Below are positions 21,001 to 29,399 of a stretch of DNA of 64,000 nucleotides, piece after piece. The notes under the pieces are model-generated. The model did not search any database. It worked only from the letters and a program-made list of their open reading frames with translations, and had not been told where the DNA came from. The stretch comes from a virus. Every line of letters begins with the position of its first letter. The stretch's first letter is position 1. The stretch is taken from positions 11,131-75,130 of IMG/VR virus record IMGVR_UViG_3300044681_000281; one strand, given 5' to 3'. A program made the position numbers and the translations under genes.

Positions 21001-22733
21001 ACACGTCCACCGTTATTTCCTCTTTCACAATATGGTAAGTCACTATATGTAAAACCAGGTGTGTTAGATGTTTTCCACGCCAAATTTTCAATAGAGAACA
21101 TATATTTTTTTGCGTAGTACCCGTCACCACCTTTAAAGATGTTGGTCGAACCTTCGAATGAACCTTCCCCATTAGACATGGGAGCAATATTCAGGTTCCA
21201 CGGAGTACTCATAACACTGTCGTCGTACTTTCTAATATTACCCGTTCTCTTCATGGTATCGGACATGTTCATATAACCTCTGTCCTTAGTCCATACACGA
21301 CAATATTCCACACCTGTCTCACCACCATACTGATCAACATACTTTATCGCAGAACCTCTCGATAACATAACGTCACCCTCTTTAAAGATTCTACTTGTTT
21401 GATCAATGGCGTTAGCAACGTGTGTTCTTGATGCACCACCATCGGATGGCATAGATTCTAACAATTCTTGGGTTTTACCCATTATAGAATCGGATCTAAA
21501 ATTATATCTATTGGAAAGTGATTCCTCTAACTGTGATCTTTCTGAGTTGTATTCTTGGTTATTTGCACCTAATTTGTTTTTAGATTGAGTACTATACCAC
21601 GTAAGTTTACCTCCAATTTGACCACCCTCACTAATATTTCGTTGTTTCTGAAATAGTTCTGTTTGTGCGGAATCAAACATCAACGACATGTAATATGAAC
21701 TTCTAACGAGATTATCGTTAAAGTCACCCATCGCATACTTCACATCCTCACCCCTATCGTCACCTATATATGCACCTTGAGTCGGTGCCCCTATTCCAAG
21801 TACATCATTGATTGCATCTCCAATTACATTAGGGAAATTAAAGAGTTTTGATGATTGTTGTGACCTTGCCGATTTAGAGTAATCAGGAGCATACTTTGAG
21901 TATCTTAGATTATCAAATAACACATCTTTCTGTCCTGACCCCATATAATCGATCATTAGGTCAGATGGTTTAGCACTCAACTTAGGTCTTCTTTGGATAC
22001 CTATTAAGGACCCCAATACTCCCGTAACGTCTTGTAATATTTGACCCGCGGTTGTTTGTGCCTCAGGTCTATAGTTGATTGGATTCGCAGGATTACTTAA
22101 ATAATCCCCAGGTATCTCGCTCCATGGAAATTCAACACCCGCAACTGTTTGTATAAAATCAATCGCCTTACCTGGAAGGGTTTTGGCGACCGTTATTTTA
22201 TAATTCTTTTCGATAAGACTTTCCCTACCCGTAACGAGATTAACCGCAGTTGCCAAATTACCCTCTAACGCATCTATGAGTCTTACTCTACCATAGGTCG
22301 CAGCAACTAAATTTTGTGTGATTCTCGATAAAACAGGACCTTGTGGGTTATTCTTAATATGAGATGCAGCAAACCTCATAAGTCTAGACTCAGAATCGTA
22401 TTGATCCGTAGTCATAATACTTACAAAATTATTGTAACTGCCTTGTGTAAAATATGGGTATAAACCTAAATCCTCTAAACGAGTTAACTGTCTTAAACTT
22501 TCTACTGTTTGTAAAATATCAGGGGTGAAAGTGTTTTGTGTGTCAGGTATCGCTAAGTAGGTTGAGAGATTTGTTTCAACGTCACCCGGATCCACATTCG
22601 ATTGATCATTTAGATTCTGTACAGAATAAGATGCATCCGTAAAGGTCTGAGGACCATCAGGATGTTGTAGGGTTCTCGATATGAGATAATCCCTAAAATG
22701 TTGAGTACTATTAAAATCTAAATAACTTGGCAT
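18024..22733 (-). CDS. Large baseplate/tail-tube initiator-like protein with an embedded OmpA-like domain
   Basis: Tube-initiator-like FIGRPEPIYTYQNTSRSGQISF and PPPICVIRVGDFY segments flank YFRNDYP...YNVKLSLRRTHSI; follows the tape measure gene. Confidence 0.6.
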   Translation of the reverse strand: MPSYLDFNSTQHFRDYLISRTLQHPDGPQTFTDASYSVQNLNDQSNVDPGDVETNLSTYLAIPDTQNTFTPDILQTVESLRQLTRLEDLGLYPYFTQGSYNNFVSIMTTDQYDSESRLMRFAASHIKNNPQGPVLSRITQNLVAATYGRVRLIDALEGNLATAVNLVTGRESLIEKNYKITVAKTLPGKAIDFIQTVAGVEFPWSEIPGDYLSNPANPINYRPEAQTTAGQILQDVTGVLGSLIGIQRRPKLSAKPSDLMIDYMGSGQKDVLFDNLRYSKYAPDYSKSARSQQSSKLFNFPNVIGDAINDVLGIGAPTQGAYIGDDRGEDVKYAMGDFNDNLVRSSYYMSLMFDSAQTELFQKQRNISEGGQIGGKLTWYSTQSKNKLGANNQEYNSERSQLEESLSNRYNFRSDSIMGKTQELLESMPSDGGASRTHVANAIDQTSRIFKEGDVMLSRGSAIKYVDQYGGETGVEYCRVWTKDRGYMNMSDTMKRTGNIRKYDDSVMSTPWNLNIAPMSNGEGSFEGSTNIFKGGDGYYAKKYMFSIENLAWKTSNTPGFTYSDLPYCERGNNGGRVMWFPPYDLKVSEQNNARWDENNFIGRPEPIYTYQNTSRSGQISFKVVVDHPSVLNLLVQKAFKNMSDEEADNYINAFFAGCEEIDFYSLIRTYTTLTREDIDRIKDYLEGGTDPEVIKKYKIRTETEIIDKPDPSPINQEPITETVTLYFRNDYPKVNPKVQSEHLYEDLYNTYIDTSGSTTNPSDGTYMKDLSDGLNILFSGTETAAKKNDKQVIYGRTDVTGTQEDKDMVMERAKKGFEKLKQNFEGYKNHIEELKTKIEAGEIKQLEVNVVSSTSSVADDDYNVKLSLRRTHSILLDVVTKISKSGRNDIGWSTTVPSDGTTSVARDNKITFKELGYEGIEGELIIKTDSIGENNKIDANTLGGGEVNVDCHGGELLSSKAIKRTAPATFYCRQSTVMFKHTPVDKQPEKPKPDTKYFLDPDGTYQPPTVKKPPIDEMKRIIMKTLSECYYFKVLEEESPVQFSSLKEKLRYFQPAFHSTTPEGLNSRLTFLLQCVRPGDTIPIKGVSSDLDIRARNTSFGPPPICVIRVGDFYHSKVVIRDVNITYDEGVWDLNPEGIGVQPMIANVTLQVNFIGGQGLSKPVERLQNALSSNFFANTEMYDPRSINTSTIDGKTAEEFTKEFLEQLQKTGTTEPSEPEGEVAGNTISESYIGDFADDEKTQLTYDKIIDSVFENTKNYFRTLQSTYGTTLKKYGPQVHSLIFDPQYRTVTTYTVEGPSGGSSDLLFFGEFSKVNSFDKFVFDLKAKLVASILSEDVSTMMRFDRFMSTDIIDRSNKILRPKLQELVENKLDELISDSSIKEVSSKRNLLTLELDKLNYLTKYFADGKVKDGSGTDATLEGFTSETLYDHYDECIKYINKNSDNFTKKLDTSLNFNSLSVDLTVLSDILSVLLYENKQAIKDIYLEDKTLFNETIKKKIDDKVDSFFEETKEKEIRISKDPVRKTDKMDPFTILSTADITDQSQLDELSKVQSSKVELGTTLNFYKP

Positions 22734-22772
22734 CTTTTATTTATAGATAAATAGATAGTTTATCATTTCTTA

Positions 22773-24563
22773 TTACAATGTAAATGATGTATTGAGTAAA
22801 TCTCTTTTACCCAAGTTTAACCCTTCGGACCACGTTTCAGGACTCTTCATCATCGCCTTTTCAACCGCCCCTAAAACAGAACTATTCGCAGTTAAATTCA
22901 CATTTACATTACCACTTACATTTTGATTGGTTGTTTGTGTGTTGCTCGTGTTATCATTCTTTTTATTTGCATCTGTAAGGGTTTTAATCTGTTCTCTCAC
23001 CTGACTACCCATATCTTTTGCATAGGCGGCCACTTTTTCTGTCATTTCATCCGCCGATTTACTTAATGATTGACCAATACTCTTACTATCCTCCCCAATC
23101 GCAGCTTGAACCGCCGCATCGGTAGCCTTACCTGCCTCTAATCTTGCTAGTGTAACAAGATATTGTAAATCCCTTTGGATGTTTTCTGTGAGAGTTACCT
23201 GTTTTCTAACTAAATCACTCTCTGACATTTCTTTAAAATCGTCTTGGTATTTGAGTAGGGTTTCTGCCGTGGCGGAATCAATATTCTCAAGTGCGATTGC
23301 TGTTGCACCTCCGAACTTCTCTTGTAATTCAGGTGTCATTAATTCGATGGACATCTTACCATCTTTCATTCTAGCGATGTTGGTTAAAAATTCTTCCTGT
23401 TTTTCTGACAAACCAAGACCCTCCATTGCGGTTGCTGCTGCCATTCTTTCTTGAGACGCGACCGCCGCGTTGGTTAATTCTTTAAGGTCAATACCCATTT
23501 GTTTTGCCAACTCCCTTGCCTGTCTAAGATTCGCACCCGTCACTTCAAAACCACCCGTTTCAACGTTGTAAGTTGCTAAATTTTGTGCCACACCCTCAAT
23601 TGCTCCTTGGAGTCCTTCAACCTCGTTGGTTGCCATATACATGAGTCGTAATGGGTCGTTAAATTCACCGAACGCACCACCCAATACTTGTAGGTTAGCC
23701 GATAATTCTAATGCCCCTTCAGGATCAAAAACTTTGTCCGCAACTGAGAAAACACTATTAAGACTCATCCTAACCTCAGTTGCCCTTCTAACCATTTTTT
23801 CAAGACCTTCTACCCCATTTTGGAAACCATAGGCATTTAGTTTATCAATGTTTTCGGTGATACCCTTAATGGTTGTTTTTGATTGGAGACCGACTTCTAA
23901 TGATCTTTTACCGGCATCAGCGATCGCCTCTTGTGCTTGTGACGCACCTATACCAACTTTTTCAAATTCCGCGTATGACCCAACAACTTCTGACATGTCC
24001 ATTCCGTACGCCTGTGCAATTTCACCCGCACGTACCAACATATCAGATCCAACCAACGCAAATCTACCTGTGGTGTCAACTAATTTTTTTGCGGAATCAG
24101 TTAGTTCATCGAAACTAATACCTAACTTTAAAAGTGCGGGCTGTGCTTCACTAATCTGTTCTCTAAAATCTTCGGATAGTTCACCTGTTAATCCTAAATC
24201 TTCATTGATCGCCTTTAAGAGAAAGGATTGTTCTTTGTAATATGATTCTAAACTATTTTCTGCTATTTGCCCAACAGTTTTTAATAATGCCATGATTGGA
24301 CTCGTGTCCTCTTTAGCCCTCTCTGTTCGATAGGTGGCCATGGCATCCTCTAAACTCAACTGTTCTCTCGGAGCATACTCTTGTCTCGTAGACGCGGCAA
24401 CTATTTTAGCGATTATACCCGCCTCTGTAGATGGGGGTTTAGGCGCATTCTTATTACTTTCATTCTTCGCTTGACGCAACTCGTCTTCGTACTTTCTACG
24501 CTCCTCAGGACTCGTGGCATTATCGATTTTTTCCTGTAATAACTTTATATAGTTTTCGTTCAT
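22773..24563 (-). CDS. Tail tape measure protein
   Basis: Ala/Glu/Gln-rich helical 596-aa ORF in canonical position after sheath, tube and chaperone. Confidence 0.75.
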   Translation of the reverse strand: MNENYIKLLQEKIDNATSPEERRKYEDELRQAKNESNKNAPKPPSTEAGIIAKIVAASTRQEYAPREQLSLEDAMATYRTERAKEDTSPIMALLKTVGQIAENSLESYYKEQSFLLKAINEDLGLTGELSEDFREQISEAQPALLKLGISFDELTDSAKKLVDTTGRFALVGSDMLVRAGEIAQAYGMDMSEVVGSYAEFEKVGIGASQAQEAIADAGKRSLEVGLQSKTTIKGITENIDKLNAYGFQNGVEGLEKMVRRATEVRMSLNSVFSVADKVFDPEGALELSANLQVLGGAFGEFNDPLRLMYMATNEVEGLQGAIEGVAQNLATYNVETGGFEVTGANLRQARELAKQMGIDLKELTNAAVASQERMAAATAMEGLGLSEKQEEFLTNIARMKDGKMSIELMTPELQEKFGGATAIALENIDSATAETLLKYQDDFKEMSESDLVRKQVTLTENIQRDLQYLVTLARLEAGKATDAAVQAAIGEDSKSIGQSLSKSADEMTEKVAAYAKDMGSQVREQIKTLTDANKKNDNTSNTQTTNQNVSGNVNVNLTANSSVLGAVEKAMMKSPETWSEGLNLGKRDLLNTSFTL

Positions 24564-24575
24564 ACTATATAAATA

Positions 24576-24731
24576 TTATTTCGAGGGGTTTTCTAACTCA
24601 ATAATTTTCTCGATATAATATCTTCTTAAATAGATGGGCATCTCCAACACATCCCTGTGGGAGAACCCTCTTTTTACGAGGTAAATCGTTTCTAAGTATT
24701 GTGAGGTCTTAGACTCCGTAGAAAGGCCGAA
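24576..24731 (-). CDS. Unlisted +1-frame ORF, tail chaperone T / T4 gp51-like segment; candidate frameshift extension
   Basis: FGLSTESKTSQYLETIYLVKRGFSHRDVLEMPIYLRRYYIEKIIELENPSK*; no 5' ATG; overlaps the end of the chaperone gene. Confidence 0.7.
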   Translation of the reverse strand, partial: FGLSTESKTSQYLETIYLVKRGFSHRDVLEMPIYLRRYYIEKIIELENPSK

Positions 24732-25446
24732 AAAACTCCACCCCAAAGTCGATATTGAATGTGACTTTTTCTCCTGATGGGGCGATTGTGGTTTGTGTCA
24801 GATCGACACCGGGTTTAACTTTATTGACATATTTTCTGAAATTTTGAGAGTCTACAATTGGTAAAGTCTCTATAAAATTTCTAATGTTCATTGGATCGGG
24901 ATTACCTTCCACTGATTTAATTAATTTCTCTAATCTTTTTGTAACGATTGGTGCGGTTCCTATACCATTCCAACTTTTATTGATTTGGTCGATTTCAATT
25001 TCATCTTTCTGTGTTAAAAAGTTGAATGTGATATGTTTCTTAGACTTCTCCATAAAATACGGATAGTTACCATTCTCATCTTCTTTTAAATCAAATTCTT
25101 TATATGACAATTCTGACAAATCAACCGTATAATCAAAAAATTCATCTGTTTTTGGGTCCACGATCCTCATGTTAAGGTCAGAACCAAACGCAGTGTTTCT
25201 TAAGAAAATAAGGATTGCTTGTCTATCCTCCAATGTTAAGTCCTCAACGGCTATCTCTTTTGTTAGAATTTTCCTTTTAAGGAGTTCATCAATTACATTA
25301 CCACTCGCAACTAAGTTGGGTGAAGTTAGAATATTCTCATCTGATGCCGTTAAGTATGCAACTTTAACCGCCTTAGTTTTATTTGGGTAAAGAATACCCC
25401 TACTTGGTAGTTCTACTACATCATATTGTATTGTTGGATCTATCAT
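24709..25446 (-). CDS. Tail assembly chaperone / T4 gp26-like baseplate hub assembly protein
   Basis: VELPSRGILY, LTASDENIL, DRQAILIFLR..AFG and a C-terminal FGVEFFRP; located between tube and tape measure. Confidence 0.75.
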   Translation of the reverse strand: MIDPTIQYDVVELPSRGILYPNKTKAVKVAYLTASDENILTSPNLVASGNVIDELLKRKILTKEIAVEDLTLEDRQAILIFLRNTAFGSDLNMRIVDPKTDEFFDYTVDLSELSYKEFDLKEDENGNYPYFMEKSKKHITFNFLTQKDEIEIDQINKSWNGIGTAPIVTKRLEKLIKSVEGNPDPMNIRNFIETLPIVDSQNFRKYVNKVKPGVDLTQTTIAPSGEKVTFNIDFGVEFFRPFYGV

Positions 25447-25513
25447 ACTTTTTACTATAACATTTAAATTTAAAGAAATACCATTGGAAAGTAAAGGTTA
25501 TTTCATAAAAAAA

Positions 25514-25530
25514 GGGACCACAAGGGTCCC
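25514..25530 (-). terminator. Hairpin/terminator after the tail tube gene
   Basis: GGGACC-N5-GGTCCC followed by T7 on the minus strand. Confidence 0.65.
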
Positions 25531-25556
25531 CTATAAATACTAGACAGATTTTTTTA

Positions 25557-26045
25557 TTAGTAAACTTGGATACATCTATCCATTCTCAATGAACAGTCAA
25601 TAGTTGCCAAGGCATCGTTGTTGTAATCTAATTCGTTGAAGTTCAAATCAGTGATAAATGTTCCTTGTAGGATCCATTTTTCAACTACAACACCTGTTGG
25701 GTCTAACATCTCTAATTCGATATCTTTTTTATATCCCGCGGCGTAACCCATTCTACCTGTTACGGATTCTGCGTGTAATCTGAACCACTCCATCAACGCT
25801 TGTGATGCAGAAGGTCCAATTGGATCTTTGAATTTAACTCTTAGTTCATTCCATGTGAATCTACCAGCAACATAAGTTGAAGTGTTCAAGAAAGGAATTT
25901 CAACACTGTTAATCTTCGCGCTAGGTCTAGCGGCCGATGTAACATACCACTCATTGATTCCCAATGAAGAAGGGAATCTAACAATGAATCGGTTAACTCT
26001 TTTCGGTTCGTAAGGAACCGGCATTTTCATTAATAAATCTGCCAT
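25557..26045 (-). CDS. Tail tube protein (T4 gp19-like)
   Basis: EPKRVNRF, SAARPS, YVAGRFTW, YKKDIELEMLDPTGVVVEKWILQG; downstream of the sheath gene. Confidence 0.9.
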   Translation of the reverse strand: MADLLMKMPVPYEPKRVNRFIVRFPSSLGINEWYVTSAARPSAKINSVEIPFLNTSTYVAGRFTWNELRVKFKDPIGPSASQALMEWFRLHAESVTGRMGYAAGYKKDIELEMLDPTGVVVEKWILQGTFITDLNFNELDYNNDALATIDCSLRMDRCIQVY

Positions 26046-26128
26046 GTCTGTATATTTGTTATCTCAGTTATTCTTTATTATAAATATATCTCTTTGAGAA
26101 ATATTTTTTTATTTGTTTGGAAACTCGC

Positions 26129-26159
26129 TTGACATTGTCAAAAAATTTCCGTAAGTTTT
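26129..26159 (+). promoter_or_regulatory. Candidate host-RNAP promoter, antisense to the tail operon
   Basis: TTGACA-N17-TAAGTTTT (equivalent to TTG-N20-TAnnTTT); the -35 box is half of the palindrome TTGACA-T-TGTCAA. Confidence 0.55.
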
Positions 26160-26263
26160 ATTTACCCAGTAAATACTAGAATAAATAATATTAGAAATTA
26201 ATAATCTAGTATAAAATAACCAGTATAATACTGGGTGTCATCTCAATTTTTACTTTTGGATTG

Positions 26264-26294
26264 GGGGAGTCGTGAGACTCCCCTTTTCCTTTTT
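26264..26294 (+). terminator. Plus-strand intrinsic terminator
   Basis: GGGGAGTC-GTGA-GACTCCCC (GNRA loop) followed by TTTTCCTTTTT on the + strand only. Confidence 0.75.
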
Positions 26295-26302
26295 ATCATC
26301 TA

Positions 26303-29113
26303 TTAGATATTCTCAAATGATGCTCCTGTTGGAGTAATTAAGAATTCAACATCAATGAATTCCAATGCTCTTGTTGGTTTGATGTAAATCTTACCTCTTA
26401 AAGTATTTGCATCGATATCCTCTGGATCATTAGATACCGTTACACGGAACTCATATAAACCTCTTTCTTTCTTGATTGATTCCAAAATAGGATTAACCAA
26501 TCTTAAGAATTCATTTCTTACTTGCTCGTCATTTTGTTCAAATAACAATCTCACGGCAACTGCCGAAATAAGTTTTCTTGCTCTTAACAACAATCTTCTT
26601 ACGTTAATTCTATCAAGTGCGGATTCTCTAACCTGTAAGGTCTTGTTACCCCAAATGATTGTACCCGTATCAGAGAATGTTGCGATTGGGTTAATTCTTG
26701 CTTTGTATAAATCATCTCTGTTATCCAAAGTAAGTTTTTTCTTCGCTTTAATTGCGTTTACTAAACCTCTTTGGTATCCTGCTACTGCGAACCAAGGATA
26801 TGATACATTATCGGTCAACGCAATATTCTTAACAACCTCACCTGTTGGTGGAATGTATAATTGAGTTGCGTTATCCCCATCTCTTACTTGGATCCATGGC
26901 CAATATGTTGCGGTATAGTTGGTGTCCAAATCTACAGTATCCAATTGGTCAATGATTTCATCAACATTGTCAGTGTTAGGTGCGTTTACAATATAAAGTG
27001 AATCCGCTCTATCACCCTCAATCATATCGATTGTTTGATTTACCAAAGAACTGTGATTGTAGAAATCAAGACCTGGAGTTGCGAAAATGTTAATATCAAC
27101 CGACTCAGGATTAGAGAATGTCTCAATTGCCTGTAAGAACGCGTAGTAGTCAGAATTTCCAACTGAAGTACTGAATACCCCACCATTAGTGGTTGTACCA
27201 CTCACATATGTATTCTTACCGAAGATATAACCATCTCCATTCGTTCTGGTTCCTCTATAAATGTCCCATCCGTCAAAACCACCACATACTGCGAATGTGA
27301 ATTTTCTGAATGATTTACTATCTAATTTTCCTTTATCATTTCCTTCCAAATCATAAGGTGTTGTTTTAAACCCTAATGAAGATGCATTTGATGATAAGTG
27401 GAATCCGTGTGATGCAACATTTGCACTCACCCCTTTAAATTGGAATAAGTCAGAATCGAAACCAATTTGAGATGAAAGACCTAAAGAAACCTTTCTAACT
27501 TTATCTCCATTGGTTAATTCAGGATTTCCTAATGAGTCAAAGGCAATAGTATCACCCGCATCAAAATATTGGGTTTTATATAGAACATTACCAATTTTAG
27601 AACCGACACCTAAACTATCGGCAGTAAAACCTTTGAATCCCGCAGGAAATGCATCGATTGGGTGTTCTTCAGCCATGTTCAACATAACATATTTAGAACG
27701 TAACTCATATTCACCGTCTGAAGTACCGATTTTTCTTGCGATATAACCAGGTAGGTCAGGGTTCATAGAACATCTGGAAAATTTCTCTAAAACAACAACA
27801 TTATCGTCTGAATCATTAAAGTCTCTAACGATCACATCAAATTCACCCGTTTCAATGTCAATGTTTTGAATCATTAACTTAACCTGTGTGTTTGCGGCAT
27901 TACCATCAGAGATACTAATAACACTAAATAAGTCTGAAACTGCACCACCTCTCACTTCAGATACAACCGTTGGAGATGCTGGGGTTTCCCACTGACTTAA
28001 GAAGTCGTTTGAAACATTATGATATACAAGATCAGTACTTAAACCTCTAACTAAACCTAAAGAATATAAAGATTTTAATAAGTTAGGGTACTCCTCAAAT
28101 ACGTAGACAGGGAAATCGGATCTTTTCTTATCGAAAACATCCCCACCCAATACCTTGGTGATGTACTTTGTGGATGTCATATCCATTGTACATGTAAATG
28201 ATTTAACACCACTAGTTGATCCATTTGCACTTATTACAAATTCACCCATTGGGTTAGAAGCGATAGTAGAAGAAGAAAGGGTTAAATCACCATTATTAGT
28301 TATTTCTAAATCTAAGGTCTCACCACTATACGCACCTCTAGATCTTAGGGCCGCGATAACAATACCATCGTAATCCTCATTCACTTCGGCAACGTACTCA
28401 AATTGAGTGATTGTCCAACCTGTGGAGGTTCCGTCGTAAACGAACAGATATGAATAGACACCGTCGATTACACCCAACCCATTTTCTTTAAAGTAGAAAT
28501 TGTACCAATTATTCTCCACATTGGAACCAATAGGACCTGTTTCTTCTAAAGAATCATTTAAAGGTGCTGTAGTGTTAGGGTCAACGTAACCAATTGTAAA
28601 CCACGTTCCATCTTGTACCGTGATTGAATTGATATAGTCAGGAACTGAATTACCGTCAGTTGCGGTTTTATTATTTAAATCACCAATGAATGATGATGTT
28701 GAGATGTTAGTAGTCGCACCGGTTAACGTTTCAGTGATACCTGTAACCAAATTAGTGGTATCTACAGTGATACCCCCCAAAGTCTTTATTGCGAAAGTCT
28801 TTAAAGGCTTGTATCCTGTTAAACCTAAAACTCTCGTCACAAAAAGTTGATTTGATTCTTGTAAGTATGATTTTGCCACGTAACCTAACTCATACTTAGG
28901 ATTACCATCCGAGTATTTCGCAGGTGAAGTAGGACCAAAATATGTTTTGAACTCATCAAAATTTCTTATTAAAATAGGTTCGAATGCGGGACCTTGAATA
29001 GTCTCACCCGCCAAACCTAGTGTAGTTACACCCACACTTTGCGCTACGAACGTTAAATCCTTCTCTGATGTGTAGACACCTGGAGAAACGAATACTCTGT
29101 TTGAATTTGCCAT
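26303..29113 (-). CDS. Tail sheath protein (T4 gp18-like)
   Basis: VSPGVYTSEKD, PWFAVAGYQRG, INPIATF, IWGNKTLQ..SALDRINVRRLL, IKPTRALEFI. Confidence 0.96.
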   Translation of the reverse strand: MANSNRVFVSPGVYTSEKDLTFVAQSVGVTTLGLAGETIQGPAFEPILIRNFDEFKTYFGPTSPAKYSDGNPKYELGYVAKSYLQESNQLFVTRVLGLTGYKPLKTFAIKTLGGITVDTTNLVTGITETLTGATTNISTSSFIGDLNNKTATDGNSVPDYINSITVQDGTWFTIGYVDPNTTAPLNDSLEETGPIGSNVENNWYNFYFKENGLGVIDGVYSYLFVYDGTSTGWTITQFEYVAEVNEDYDGIVIAALRSRGAYSGETLDLEITNNGDLTLSSSTIASNPMGEFVISANGSTSGVKSFTCTMDMTSTKYITKVLGGDVFDKKRSDFPVYVFEEYPNLLKSLYSLGLVRGLSTDLVYHNVSNDFLSQWETPASPTVVSEVRGGAVSDLFSVISISDGNAANTQVKLMIQNIDIETGEFDVIVRDFNDSDDNVVVLEKFSRCSMNPDLPGYIARKIGTSDGEYELRSKYVMLNMAEEHPIDAFPAGFKGFTADSLGVGSKIGNVLYKTQYFDAGDTIAFDSLGNPELTNGDKVRKVSLGLSSQIGFDSDLFQFKGVSANVASHGFHLSSNASSLGFKTTPYDLEGNDKGKLDSKSFRKFTFAVCGGFDGWDIYRGTRTNGDGYIFGKNTYVSGTTTNGGVFSTSVGNSDYYAFLQAIETFSNPESVDINIFATPGLDFYNHSSLVNQTIDMIEGDRADSLYIVNAPNTDNVDEIIDQLDTVDLDTNYTATYWPWIQVRDGDNATQLYIPPTGEVVKNIALTDNVSYPWFAVAGYQRGLVNAIKAKKKLTLDNRDDLYKARINPIATFSDTGTIIWGNKTLQVRESALDRINVRRLLLRARKLISAVAVRLLFEQNDEQVRNEFLRLVNPILESIKKERGLYEFRVTVSNDPEDIDANTLRGKIYIKPTRALEFIDVEFLITPTGASFENI

Positions 29114-29234
29114 CGATTACTTTAGTTATTATTTTTTTATTGTTTTACTATAAATATCTTTGTTTTTATGAAAGATTTCGGGACTTTTTTATTTCGGAAT
29201 ATTTAAAGATCTTTTTTTATCCATATTTATCTTT

Positions 29235-29393
29235 ATGGATAATACGAAAACCAAAAACGTTAAAATCAGTGTTAAACACCATGAAAAGTTGAAATCCTAT
29301 TGTGATGACAATGGATTTAAATTATATAAGGTGATAGAAAAGTGGATTGATCAGAATTGTACTGACAGAAAACGTAACCTCTATAATGAATAG
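29235..29393 (+). CDS. Small ribbon-helix-helix-like DNA-binding protein (52 aa, below the ORF track cutoff)
   Basis: MDNTKTKNVKISVKHHEKLKSYCDDNGFKLYKVIEKWIDQNCTDRKRNLYNE*; preceded by TATTTAT. Confidence 0.65.
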   Translation: MDNTKTKNVKISVKHHEKLKSYCDDNGFKLYKVIEKWIDQNCTDRKRNLYNE

Positions 29394-29399
29394 GAAACC

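Noticed and set aside
12087-29113. Stand-alone contractile injection system (tailocin/eCIS) in a bacterial chromosome
   Set aside because: Head-neck genes and a phage replisome are interleaved with the tail genes, and there are no cellular housekeeping operons.
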